Virus record (IMG/VR): IMGVR_UViG_3300032330_000037
Span: 1 to 36,374 of that record
Source: a virus
Taxonomy: Duplodnaviria > Caudoviricetes
Length of the DNA: 36,374 nucleotides
Direction: 5' to 3' (one strand)
The notes beneath the pieces are model-generated. The model saw only the letters and a list, made by a program, of their open reading frames with translations, was not told where the DNA came from and made no database searches. Each line of letters begins with the position of its first letter. Position 1 is the stretch's first letter. Shown here one piece after another: positions 8,549 to 16,909 of the stretch. The translations under genes were made by a program, and so were the position numbers.

Positions 8549-8784
8549 CTGTGCATAACTTTGGCATTGCATCGTTACCTATGACGAAACGCGCATACAA
8601 ACGTAACACATTGATTCCATTACACATTTTCCACATACGATTTACTAAGTCATTTATGTGTATTTGATACAGTGTCCATTATGTGAAGTAAAACAGGGTC
8701 GTTTTGCCTGTTTCTGCTTAAACTTTATACAGAATGCCATATTCTGTGGATAACTTTCAACGCTGGTCTGTGGGTAACTTTGGC
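8549..8784. promoter_or_regulatory. Cluster of DnaA-box-like 9-mers within a 14-17 bp repeat
   Basis: CTGTGCATAACTTTGGC 8549, CTGTGGATAACTTT 8744 (perfect TTATCCACA on minus), CTGTGGGTAACTTTGGC 8768. Opposite orientation: TTTTCCACA 8627 and TTATACAGA 8725. Confidence 0.65.
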
Positions 8785-9455
8785 GTGATGTCCGTTACGT
8801 CCATGCCAATCTGGACGCGGGAGCGTGCAGCCTCAAGCGCATCAAGCACGCTGATGCGCTCATCGCGCACGCTAACGTCAATCTTGTCGCCGTAAACGCG
8901 AGGGTATAGCTTGGCTGCTACCCACTTGCGTGCGTCCACCTGCAACCGCTTCTGGTTCACCCAGGCGCTAATCTCCACGCCTTGCAGATGGTCAGGAATA
9001 GGCGCGTCCGACAACTCAATGATTTCCTCTGCCAGACGCGCTGCGCGAATTTTCTTAGCCTTCTCATACGCTTCCTCCAATTCAGGGTTTGCGTCTAAAA
9101 CACGCTGCGCTTGAGAGTAGCTGATGCCTATGCCTTTGATGGCCGTTGTCAATGATGCGCCAGCACCAACCTTGTCAAAAATGTCTTTCCAAATCTCTTT
9201 GCTGTAGGTCGGCGGGCGGCCAGCGCCTGGCTTCACACGCGTAGTTAGCGCACAATCTTGTGCGCTTTCGCCGCCTTCCGCAGTGAATATTGCTGATTTT
9301 CCTACCATTCCCGCTACAACTGACCCCGATTCAGCATATCCCGCGCTATTTTCTGCCTTTACCGCCTTGCGCGTGTATTTCCGCTTTGTCCGTGTCAAAG
9401 AGTTTTGTTCCTCGGAATGGTTTGCTGATGTCAATGTCGTTCTCCATGTTTTCAA
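8757..9455 (-). CDS. terS: Terminase small subunit (Sf6/P22-like)
   Basis: GAGRPPTY + HTH, AEEIIELSD, RLQVDARKWVAAKLYPRVYGDK. True start uncertain; probably downstream of 9455 (e.g. ATG 9308) because of the overlap with the upstream gene. Confidence 0.85.
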   Translation of the reverse strand: MKTWRTTLTSANHSEEQNSLTRTKRKYTRKAVKAENSAGYAESGSVVAGMVGKSAIFTAEGGESAQDCALTTRVKPGAGRPPTYSKEIWKDIFDKVGAGASLTTAIKGIGISYSQAQRVLDANPELEEAYEKAKKIRAARLAEEIIELSDAPIPDHLQGVEISAWVNQKRLQVDARKWVAAKLYPRVYGDKIDVSVRDERISVLDALEAARSRVQIGMDVTDITPKLPTDQR

Positions 9456-9999
9456 ATCCGCTTGATTCTGTAGCTTGCACTGGCACCATTTTTGTCCCAG
9501 GCAAAGCTGCCTTTATTTCCCGCACCTGCTTGAGCGTCGGCGCGTTCATCACCGTCTCCAACTCTTGTAGCGTCCAGATAGAGCGTGGGCCTGGCTCCTT
9601 CCTAAACTGCTCGTACCAAATCCTATCCTTCTCCTGCCTGACAACCACCATCAGGCTGCCGTCTTGCATCCTATGCTCCATGCAATCGATTTTAGGCATC
9701 CTATCTAACCCTACCCCTTCAGCCCACCGCGTCAACGCCTTGTAGGCCGCCACAAGCCCTTTGCTGGCCTTCTCCAGCCTTTCCTCATCCCGCGCCTGCA
9801 CAGCTTCCGCAATCCGTTCCCGCTGCGCGGCAAACTTGCGCCGAAATTCTGCATCCACCAATTCGAGCACCCGTCCAATCCCGTAGACCTTTTCATGCTC
9901 CAGCTTTGCCAGTTCAACCTCAACCGCCAACGCCTGATTCCAAACTTGAAACGGGTCGGATGGATAAACGTCAGTCTCCAACAATTTCTTCGATGCCAT
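9346..9999 (-). CDS. Hypothetical protein (217 aa)
   Basis: ATG with GAGG SD; charged helical protein between origin and terS. Confidence 0.75.
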   Translation of the reverse strand: MASKKLLETDVYPSDPFQVWNQALAVEVELAKLEHEKVYGIGRVLELVDAEFRRKFAAQRERIAEAVQARDEERLEKASKGLVAAYKALTRWAEGVGLDRMPKIDCMEHRMQDGSLMVVVRQEKDRIWYEQFRKEPGPRSIWTLQELETVMNAPTLKQVREIKAALPGTKMVPVQATESSGFENMENDIDISKPFRGTKLFDTDKAEIHAQGGKGRK

Positions 10000-10050
10000 G
10001 CTTAACCCCTCATATACCCAACTTCAACCCAAAACGATTTCCCGAGATGG

Positions 10051-10221
10051 CATATGGACAACTTACTTCTTGCATTAAGCAAGAAGTTGGAAGTTGACCA
10101 TATTTCCACCCTTTTCTGTACAACTTGCCATATGGTCAACTGACCACACTTTAACAAGTTGACCATATTTCTCAAACATAAGTTCATAGGCAACTGACCA
10201 CACTTCATATGGTCAACTTCC
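10051..10221. repeat. Iteron-like repeat array; probable phage replication origin
   Basis: (C)ATATGG(T/A)CAACT forward at 10051, 10129, 10206 and reverse at 10091, 10156. CAACTGACCACACTT at 10137 and 10191. Hairpin ACTTCTTGC-attaa-GCAAGAAGT at 10065-10087. Directly after the primase-helicase stop. Confidence 0.8.
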
Positions 10222-10231
10222 AAGTTGCCCA

Positions 10232-12313
10232 TTAAAACGGACTCACAAATGGCTCATCTTTATCCATGTTTGGATATATTACCCAACAATATTCCGCAAC
10301 ATCGGTCTTGTGGTAGCCGACCAATTCCTTGGCAAACATAGCTTTCTTGCCACGCTCCCAATCCTTGTAGATGCTTTTGCTATCCCCCTTAAGGCGAACA
10401 AACTCCTCCCGCCACTCGCCTATGCTGACCGTCTTATGGCGCTCGTTCCCGACATTTGTCATATGCCCATTCTTTTCTATGGCCTTGTGGATTGCGTTTA
10501 ACGCGGTCTGCTGGTTCTCCTGCAACTTGCGTGGCTTGCCTTGGCGCTCAACGGCATGGGCCTGCATTTCCTGCTTAATGGCCTCGTCACTTGGCCTGAC
10601 AGCCAGGCTGATTTGGGCTTCGCTAATGCCAAGTGCGCTGGCTTTTATCTCAACCTTGACCATCTCAAAACCAATACGCAGCCCGTCCTGACCATCCTTC
10701 TGCTTACTTATGGTGAGGATGCCGCTGCCAGCTATCGGACTGGACGGGTTAGGCGTAGCGTCAATTTTGAGCAATTCCAGTTGCGTGTCCACGGCACCAA
10801 GCAGGCTGCTATGCCCCCGCAATCCTTTAGTGGCATCCTTACCCGAGTGATGCAACACCATCATGGCGCAGTTAAGCATCCGCTGTATCCGTCCTGCGTT
10901 GTGGATAAACGCTCCCATATCCTCCGAATTGTTTTCGTTACCACCGCCAAACGCTCTGGCTAACGTGTCAATCTGGACTAACTCAAACTGGACACCAGTC
11001 TTTTCCATGAGGTCACAAATTGAGGCCACTAGCAAATCAAAGTCCTCCGCACTCGATCTTAGGTTGATAGCTGCCCTGATAACGTATATCTCAGCACCAG
11101 CAGCAGTGGCGTTGTGCATCTTGCAGGCTTTGATGCGTGCGCCGATGCCGCCAAAGCCTTCCCCGCAGATGTACAGTACAGCCCCTGCCGCCTGCACCTC
11201 CCGCCCCATCCATGTCCTGCCCGTTGCTATCGCCTCGGCAATGTCAAGTGCTACAAATGACTTGTAGGATCCTGGCGGCCCGTACAAGGCAGCGAAAGCT
11301 TTTTTGGGCAGCACATTCTCAATCAGCCACTCTACTGGCTCATCTTCAATTGAGTCCCACGGCTCAATGTTGAGAAGCTGACGCGGGACTAGGATAGGTT
11401 CATTCGTATCCAAATCGGGTTCAATTGGGTGTTCTATTGGGTCAATCGTTTCCCGTGGAACAATCCACTCTGGTGTCTGTACCTGATTAATGTCGGTGAT
11501 AACCGGCAATGCCTTGGCTAGTTCTGCCAGCTTCGCCCTGTCTCCGCCATCCGCCACCCATTCATAGGCATCGTCACCTAACTCTGGCAGGTTAAAGTCT
11601 AGGACGCGCACCGCCTTAGCTACAGGCAGCAGCGCCTCCACCACCCGCTTGGCGTACTTCCAACCTGGTGCATCGCAGTCAGGCACCACTATCACTACCG
11701 CATCGGTGAAATATGAAGTAATGTCTTCAGGCCAATGGCTTGCACCAGCGTGGCTCGTAGTGGCAATCGCGCCTATGCTGATAAGCGCATCCGCTGCCTT
11801 CTCACCCTCCACCAGATAGATTGCGCGTCCAGCTTCTCGAGCGTTAATGAGTTCTGGTAACTTATATGGCACTATCCGCGCACCTGTCATGCTGCCCTTG
11901 CGATTGCCCGCGGCATCCACCTTATGCAAGCTGTACGTCTTGCCCTTCTCCGTGTTGGTCTTGAACCTGCGCTTGACAAATAGCGTGTTGCCGTCCTCGT
12001 CCTTGTACTCCCATTCCTGCTCCAGCGTTGGCATAGTCATCAATTCACCTTTGATAAGCGCGAGAGAATACTCCTGCCGCTGAATGGATGGCAACAGGTT
12101 GCGTTCCCGTACTGCGTCAAACACGCTGTGCTGGTCGCATCCACCGTGGCAATGGAATAGGTATTTCCCATTACTTTCCGTAATGGAAAGGCTAGGATTC
12201 TTGTCCCCGTTGCCACGGCCATGCCCAGGCACAGGGCAGCTTGCAAGCCAGTTCCCGTTTACCTTCTTGGCGTTGCCCAGGGCTTTGGCTATTGTTTCTG
12301 TTGAGTCTTGCAT
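10232..12313 (-). CDS. Primase-helicase: Zn finger + TOPRIM + RepA-type SF4 (AAA_25) helicase
   Basis: CPVPGH...FHCHGGC zinc finger; YLVEGEKAAD and PDCD..G TOPRIM; GPPGSYKS Walker A, VQIDTL Walker B, LHHSGK, LRGHSSL. ATG 12313 with GAGGTG SD. Confidence 0.92.
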   Translation of the reverse strand: MQDSTETIAKALGNAKKVNGNWLASCPVPGHGRGNGDKNPSLSITESNGKYLFHCHGGCDQHSVFDAVRERNLLPSIQRQEYSLALIKGELMTMPTLEQEWEYKDEDGNTLFVKRRFKTNTEKGKTYSLHKVDAAGNRKGSMTGARIVPYKLPELINAREAGRAIYLVEGEKAADALISIGAIATTSHAGASHWPEDITSYFTDAVVIVVPDCDAPGWKYAKRVVEALLPVAKAVRVLDFNLPELGDDAYEWVADGGDRAKLAELAKALPVITDINQVQTPEWIVPRETIDPIEHPIEPDLDTNEPILVPRQLLNIEPWDSIEDEPVEWLIENVLPKKAFAALYGPPGSYKSFVALDIAEAIATGRTWMGREVQAAGAVLYICGEGFGGIGARIKACKMHNATAAGAEIYVIRAAINLRSSAEDFDLLVASICDLMEKTGVQFELVQIDTLARAFGGGNENNSEDMGAFIHNAGRIQRMLNCAMMVLHHSGKDATKGLRGHSSLLGAVDTQLELLKIDATPNPSSPIAGSGILTISKQKDGQDGLRIGFEMVKVEIKASALGISEAQISLAVRPSDEAIKQEMQAHAVERQGKPRKLQENQQTALNAIHKAIEKNGHMTNVGNERHKTVSIGEWREEFVRLKGDSKSIYKDWERGKKAMFAKELVGYHKTDVAEYCWVIYPNMDKDEPFVSPF

Positions 12314-13527
12314 ATCGCGTCCACCTCTTGAATTCTTTTGCCAATCCATGCCATCACAGGCACAGCCATTGAGTTGCCCAGCGCCTTGTACCTCGGCCCG
12401 TCGGGGGTTGCCTTGCCCTTTGGCTGGATGTCGGTGTAGCGGTCTGGAAACCCTTGCAGGCGCTCACACTCCACAGGAGTTAGGCGGCGTACTGCCATTG
12501 CTTGGTTTATCTGCTGGTCTTGCATTGTGCTGATGGTGAATGCCACATCATCCGACCCAAGATAGCCTTTGCCTCCACCTTCGCACCCACCGCGCACCTT
12601 GAATGCGTGCGCTACCGTGTTATCAAATACGCCACCAGCAGCACAACGCAATGCGGCAACAGTTTCTGATGTTGTTTGGTTGTAAGCATCAAAAGCAATA
12701 GGTTGCATTGGCACAAGTATTGCGCCATCGCCATCGCCATCGCTTGACGGGCCTTTATGGTCACGCGCTTTCAATGCTGGGCACACTTCCGAATGCATGA
12801 TTGGCATCAGATGCCCTTGGGATGCATCCTGCACGCTTATGCTTTGACCTGTTCTGGCGCACAAGCTACCGACTGAATTGCTTGCTTCTGCTTCTACAAA
12901 ATCTCCTGGGAATCCGCTACACTGGTTAGCGCCAACCGTAAGGGTGTCGGCAATTCTTTTCCCCTTTTCTCGGCTCGGCGCAGGATGCCCTTGCAAGCTG
13001 TGGCGCTCAAAAAGTACCGCTGCGGCAGGTCGCCAGTTTCCAAGGTATCCGACAACGAACACACGTCGGCGGCGCTGGGCCACTCCGAAGTACTGAGCGT
13101 CAAGCACCCTGTAGGCGAACCCATACCCGAGTTCTGCCAACCCTCCAAGGAGGGAACCAAAGTCCCGTCCTCCAGCGGAGGACAAAACGCCGGGGACGTT
13201 TTCCCAGACCAACCAGTTGGGGCGATATCGTTTAGCAATGGCAAGATATGTAAGCATGAGGTTGCCACGCGGGTCATCCAGTCCTTTTCTGAGTCCTGCG
13301 ACTGAGAAAGATTGGCACGGTGTTCCTCCAACGAAAACATTGACATCTGCATCAGGCCACTCCTTAAATTTGGTCATGTCGCCCAAGTTGGGCACGGTCG
13401 GGTAATGGTGCTGCAACACCTTGCAAGGGAACGGATCAATCTCTGAATATGCAACCGATTCCCAGCCCAATGGATGCCAAGCGACACTTGCCGCCTCAAT
13501 CCCACTGCAAACTGATAGAAATTTCAT
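12289..13527 (-). CDS. C5-cytosine DNA methyltransferase (alpha chain)
   Basis: Motif I SVCSGIEA, IV GGTPCQSFS, VI WENVPG, VIII QRRRRVF, IX RRLTPVECERLQGFPD, X RYKALGNS. Confidence 0.95.
   Translation of the reverse strand: MKFLSVCSGIEAASVAWHPLGWESVAYSEIDPFPCKVLQHHYPTVPNLGDMTKFKEWPDADVNVFVGGTPCQSFSVAGLRKGLDDPRGNLMLTYLAIAKRYRPNWLVWENVPGVLSSAGGRDFGSLLGGLAELGYGFAYRVLDAQYFGVAQRRRRVFVVGYLGNWRPAAAVLFERHSLQGHPAPSREKGKRIADTLTVGANQCSGFPGDFVEAEASNSVGSLCARTGQSISVQDASQGHLMPIMHSEVCPALKARDHKGPSSDGDGDGAILVPMQPIAFDAYNQTTSETVAALRCAAGGVFDNTVAHAFKVRGGCEGGGKGYLGSDDVAFTISTMQDQQINQAMAVRRLTPVECERLQGFPDRYTDIQPKGKATPDGPRYKALGNSMAVPVMAWIGKRIQEVDAICKTQQKQ
12894..13352 (-). CDS. Nested alternative-frame gene; putative methyltransferase beta subunit (M.EcoHK31I beta-like)
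   Basis: 152 aa entirely within the MTase in another frame. AAGGAG SD at 13365-13360, 7 nt before ATG. C-term SLSDTLETGDLPQRYFLSATACKGILRRAEKRGKELP..L..AL. Confidence 0.75.
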   Translation of the reverse strand: MQMSMFSLEEHRANLSQSQDSEKDWMTRVATSCLHILPLLNDIAPTGWSGKTSPAFCPPLEDGTLVPSLEGWQNSGMGSPTGCLTLSTSEWPSAADVCSLSDTLETGDLPQRYFLSATACKGILRRAEKRGKELPTPLRLALTSVADSQEIL

Positions 13528-13546
13528 ACTTGTATTTTTTTAGAGG

Positions 13547-13578
13547 AAAAAAAAGCCGGTGGAGATCAACCCACCGGC
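13547..13578 (-). terminator. Rho-independent terminator after SSB-like gene
   Basis: Minus strand GCCGGTGG-gttgatct-CCACCGGC followed by T8. Confidence 0.8.
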
Positions 13579-13593
13579 GTACCAGATTACTGG

Positions 13594-14163
13594 TTAAAAG
13601 AATTCTTCGTCATCCATCACGGGCGCAGGCGCTGGCTTGGCCTTGCGTACAGGTGCTGGCTCAGGCTCAACAAAATCCTCGCCATCCGCATTCATGCCAG
13701 CGGGACGCGCAACCCAGCCAGCCAGCTTGAAGTTTGGCACTCGCGTGTTGCCCTTGCCAACCTTCTCGGCGGTACTATTAACGTACTCAATGACCGGCAG
13801 CTTGCCATCGCTGATACCAGCAGCTTTCGCGGCCTCAGAGTAGATTTTCTCAAAGCCTTTGCATGGCCCGTAAGCGTTCGCCGACCAATCAACCAAGCCG
13901 AGTTCCTTTGAGTACAGCGTCACGACAAACCCCCTCTTGTACCCTTCCCCTGGCGACTGGCTCTTAGCGCCCAGAGTCTCATCAGGCTGCCAGTCGCGTA
14001 CACCAGCACCAATCATCAGCCAGCCTGTTTGCACGCTGTCCAAGTCCATCACCACTTTCTTGAGTTGGATTTCCTCGCCATCGCGGTTAGTCCAAGCATT
14101 AGCCTGCGGTGCAAAGCGGATGTAGCTGTTACCGCTACCGTTGTTGTTTGAAAGATTAAGCAT
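13594..14163 (-). CDS. Probable single-stranded DNA-binding protein
   Basis: 189 aa beta-rich core, Pro/Ala linker, acidic-aromatic tail DDEEFF; adjacent to exonuclease and primase. Confidence 0.6.
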   Translation of the reverse strand: MLNLSNNNGSGNSYIRFAPQANAWTNRDGEEIQLKKVVMDLDSVQTGWLMIGAGVRDWQPDETLGAKSQSPGEGYKRGFVVTLYSKELGLVDWSANAYGPCKGFEKIYSEAAKAAGISDGKLPVIEYVNSTAEKVGKGNTRVPNFKLAGWVARPAGMNADGEDFVEPEPAPVRKAKPAPAPVMDDEEFF

Positions 14164-14197
14164 TTCAGTTCCTAAAGTTACGGGCTTACGCCCAAAG

Positions 14198-15253
14198 TTA
14201 GATGGTGGCAGATTCCACCATCTTTGCCAGAGTTAGCCCACTTGAGACCTTCTCTGTCAAATCGTCGAGCAGATGCCGGTCATCTTTGCTCAGTAATTTC
14301 TCAGCTTGCGCTGGCGTGATTGGTTCGCTGTTGTACAGCTTTGCGGTTTCAATCGGCAAATCGCTAATGTCAATGTCTGCCTTCCACTTGCGGATAGCGC
14401 GTTTCGGCACTAGCTGCCAGCCTGGCACTGTAGTACCACCCGCTAATCGCAAAGTCGCGTGCTTACGCAGTTCCTCGTAAAAGCCTTCCACCAAGTCTGC
14501 CTGTTCCAACCAATACGCCATCTCGTCTTCTGTCAGTTCTTTGGTGGGCTTCAATGAAACCGATGCAGCCTTCTCCTTCAGAGCAGGGCAATGCAGCTTG
14601 GCTGGGCAGTACTTGCAGGCGTTGGTGGATGGAGTAGGATAGGTGTCAGGGTTAAACGCCTTCTCAATGGCAGGCATTACTACGTCCATCTCCCATGCCA
14701 ACAGGTCTGCCAGCAGCATCTCATGCGTGCGGTTGGCACCTGTTTGCGGCTGCACAATGGTCAGCTTCACGCGCTGAAAGTCTCCCATCAACTTGATGGC
14801 TCCAAGCGCGTATAGCTTCATCTGTGAACTGTCAGCGTCAACGTAATTGCGGCCAGTTTTAAGGTCTGCAATCTCCAGGCAATCACCTTCGTTGTCCCAA
14901 GCCACAACGTCAGCAGTACCTTGGCAATTGGCTTTCTTTGTGTCTAAGATTGACAGATGTTCTTCCACCGTCACGTTGTCGTAGTTCGCTTCCAGTTCCT
15001 TGATGGTGTCCAAATGCAACTGCGCGAACTCGGCGTTCTCCTGCGTGATGGTAATGCCTTCCACCACTGTGCCTACATGGTTAGCAGGCACGTCACCCGA
15101 TAGCCAGCAAATCTCTGCCAGCGCGTGGATGGCCGTGCCAATCTGGGCGGCTTCTCCGCTAGGCGAGTCAGGGATTCCCTCGCACAGCCGAACACTGGCC
15201 GGACAAGCTAACCAACGGGATGCGGCGCTCGGCCTTAGTTTGATACGTTCCAT
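14198..15253 (-). CDS. DUF2800 / Cas4-like PD-(D/E)XK exonuclease
   Basis: PSAASRWLACPAS, GTAIHALAE, GTAD...IADLKTG, QMKLYALG and C-terminal CKYCPAKLHC (four-Cys Fe-S pattern). Confidence 0.88.
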   Translation of the reverse strand: MERIKLRPSAASRWLACPASVRLCEGIPDSPSGEAAQIGTAIHALAEICWLSGDVPANHVGTVVEGITITQENAEFAQLHLDTIKELEANYDNVTVEEHLSILDTKKANCQGTADVVAWDNEGDCLEIADLKTGRNYVDADSSQMKLYALGAIKLMGDFQRVKLTIVQPQTGANRTHEMLLADLLAWEMDVVMPAIEKAFNPDTYPTPSTNACKYCPAKLHCPALKEKAASVSLKPTKELTEDEMAYWLEQADLVEGFYEELRKHATLRLAGGTTVPGWQLVPKRAIRKWKADIDISDLPIETAKLYNSEPITPAQAEKLLSKDDRHLLDDLTEKVSSGLTLAKMVESATI

Positions 15254-15456
15254 TTTTCTCTTTCTCTTTCATGTTCGTTGCTAATGATTGCGTATGCCTG
15301 CTTGCGTACCTCGGCGGTGACTGCGTGCCCCAAGTCCTCTGGGTCTAGCAGGCGCTTGAGCAGCACAGTCTTTTCGCGTGATGATTCGCGCTCCATCTCT
15401 AGCTGAGTGCCCAGCCAAATGATGTGCTCGCGCATGGTTTTGAGTTCGTCAAGCAT
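15235..15456 (-). CDS. Hypothetical protein (73 aa)
   Basis: Overlaps both neighbours; contains LLDPEDLGHAVTAEVR. Confidence 0.7.
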   Translation of the reverse strand: MLDELKTMREHIIWLGTQLEMERESSREKTVLLKRLLDPEDLGHAVTAEVRKQAYAIISNEHEREREKWNVSN

Positions 15457-15928
15457 TGCGTGTTATGTACCAATAAGCAATCAAAGCAGCGTCTGCGCGG
15501 CCATCGTCCTTCGCACGCTTGAACAGTTCAGCGCGTGTCGGGAACAGTTCCATAGCACGCATACGGCTGGCATCCTTGCCCGCTGCACGGCCTACAGCCT
15601 TTGTCCACTGCTGCGGGGTAACGTAGGTGCTTGGCATCCTTAAAGCAGCTACAACGCCTTCTATGATGCCTGCACTGCGCCCAAAGTTAAACATAGAACT
15701 AACGCCCTGCCCAGGCATAGCGCCTACCTTCTCAATCACAACGTGGGCTGTGGGATACAGTTCCAAGATGTCGCGCAGAATGACCGCGCTGATGTGGCGT
15801 TTCTTTGTTTTGCCAGAGTCAACTTCCAGCGTAGGCATATCAATAACATTTTCTAAACTTTGCGTGTACCAATCAAACACGCTGATGGCTCCGCTGATGC
15901 CTGGGTCAATCCCAATGACGTAACTCAT
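15449..15928 (-). CDS. RuvC-like Holliday junction resolvase
   Basis: IGIDPGISGA, VVIEKV, QGVSSMFNFG, PQQW.K, DGRADAALIA. ATG 15928 with GGAGG SD. Confidence 0.88.
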   Translation of the reverse strand: MSYVIGIDPGISGAISVFDWYTQSLENVIDMPTLEVDSGKTKKRHISAVILRDILELYPTAHVVIEKVGAMPGQGVSSMFNFGRSAGIIEGVVAALRMPSTYVTPQQWTKAVGRAAGKDASRMRAMELFPTRAELFKRAKDDGRADAALIAYWYITRNA

Positions 15929-16149
15929 TCCTCCACCCCCATCATCTTGAGGCGCTCTGCGGCCAAATCGTCGCACGCCTGCGTTAGCTTGATAACGCTG
16001 GAGTACAGCGGAATGGTCTTGCCAGTAGCCCAGCGCGATACCTGTGCGGGGTCAATCTCAGCCCGATGCGCGACATCGGCCAGCTTGAACCCCGAGCGTT
16101 CCGCTTTTTCGCGGATAACCTTGATGGCGGTTTGTGATTGCGTTTCCAT
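15925..16149 (-). CDS. XRE/Cro-like helix-turn-helix regulator
   Basis: LADVAHRAEIDPAQVSRWATGKTIP HTH pattern; first gene of the leftward operon. Confidence 0.85.
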   Translation of the reverse strand: METQSQTAIKVIREKAERSGFKLADVAHRAEIDPAQVSRWATGKTIPLYSSVIKLTQACDDLAAERLKMMGVEE

Positions 16150-16281
16150 GATTAGATTATCATCTCCAAGTTGACGGATTATACAACAAAATGACTAGGT
16201 GTTTTCCCTAACGCATTTCGCAATATATGTTGCAGTCATCCGTGAGATGATTACTTCGTCATTAACCACTAGGAAAAACAA
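16150..16281. promoter_or_regulatory. Divergent promoter/operator region
   Basis: Only divergence point in the genome. TATAAT on minus at 16183-16178; TAGG-N7-CCTA inverted motif at 16196-16210. Confidence 0.6.
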
Positions 16282-16584
16282 ATGAAACTTACAGACCGTC
16301 AACGCAGCCAGCTTAAAGCTGCTGCCATATTTGGAGGCGATCACGTTAGCAAGGTCGCCGCCGCCTTGCAGTTGGAAAACCCCGAAGCGTTTTGGAAAGA
16401 GCGTGAACTGCACCAGCGCAACTTTTGGCATGAGCCTATGAGTTACGGGTTTACATTGCCGCACCGCAGCTTTGTACATAAGTATGTGCCTGGACGCAAA
16501 TCCGAGTACAGCTTGGAGCAGCGTCAGATCATGGCGCAGAACCATCACCTCACCATCACCCGCCAGATTGGAGTTGGAGAATGA
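16282..16584 (+). CDS. Hypothetical protein (100 aa)
   Basis: AGGA SD; first gene of the plus-strand coupled cluster. Confidence 0.75.
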   Translation: MKLTDRQRSQLKAAAIFGGDHVSKVAAALQLENPEAFWKERELHQRNFWHEPMSYGFTLPHRSFVHKYVPGRKSEYSLEQRQIMAQNHHLTITRQIGVGE

Positions 16585-16667
16585 AAAAACTTATCCTTGA
16601 TGCAGTCTTGTCAATGGCAATCCTTGCCGGCTTAATGTTTGTCCTTAACAAATGGTGGTTTGCATGA
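16581..16667 (+). CDS. 28-aa membrane peptide
   Basis: MKKLILDAVLSMAILAGLMFVLNKWWFA; ATGA overlaps at both ends, GGAG SD. Confidence 0.65.
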   Translation: MKKLILDAVLSMAILAGLMFVLNKWWFA

Positions 16668-16909
16668 ATCCTTTAGAAATTGAAATCAAGCGCACTGTGT
16701 TCGCGCACCTGCCAGCCGTTGGTGACTTTGGCATCTTGTCACGCGCTGACCTTGCCACTGTCCTGCACACGGCCTGCACCGAAGCTGCATTAGCTGGCTG
16801 GGCGCGTGGCGCTGAGTCTGCTGAGAAACGCTTGGTGGCCGAGCTGGAGATTCTGCGCGGTGAACTGAAGTCCTTGCAGACTGAGTTGTCTTGGGAGAAG
16901 TCCAAATGA
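16664..16909 (+). CDS. Hypothetical protein (81 aa), C-terminal coiled coil
   Basis: ATGA-coupled at both ends. Confidence 0.7.
   Translation: MNPLEIEIKRTVFAHLPAVGDFGILSRADLATVLHTACTEAALAGWARGAESAEKRLVAELEILRGELKSLQTELSWEKSK

Noticed and set aside
8267-8572. Short ORFs (101 and 70 aa) across the GC-rich block
   Set aside because: Low-complexity translations of homopolymer and GC tracts, overlapping the real gene start and lacking SD.
10051-10221. Repeats as a mini-CRISPR array
   Set aside because: Repeats are only 13-15 bp, alternate in orientation and are irregularly spaced.
10002-10232. 76-aa ORF after the primase-helicase
   Set aside because: Its repeated KCGQL peptide is explained by the DNA repeats, which occur in both orientations, so it is probably non-coding origin. 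Translation via the TAATG overlap cannot be fully excluded.
12289-13527. Methyltransferase as part of a restriction-modification system
   Set aside because: No adjacent restriction endonuclease; neighbours are replication genes, so it is an orphan protective MTase.
14198-15253. Cas4-like nuclease as evidence of CRISPR-Cas
   Set aside because: Solo Cas4-like/DUF2800 nucleases are common phage replication-recombination genes; no other cas genes or array are present.
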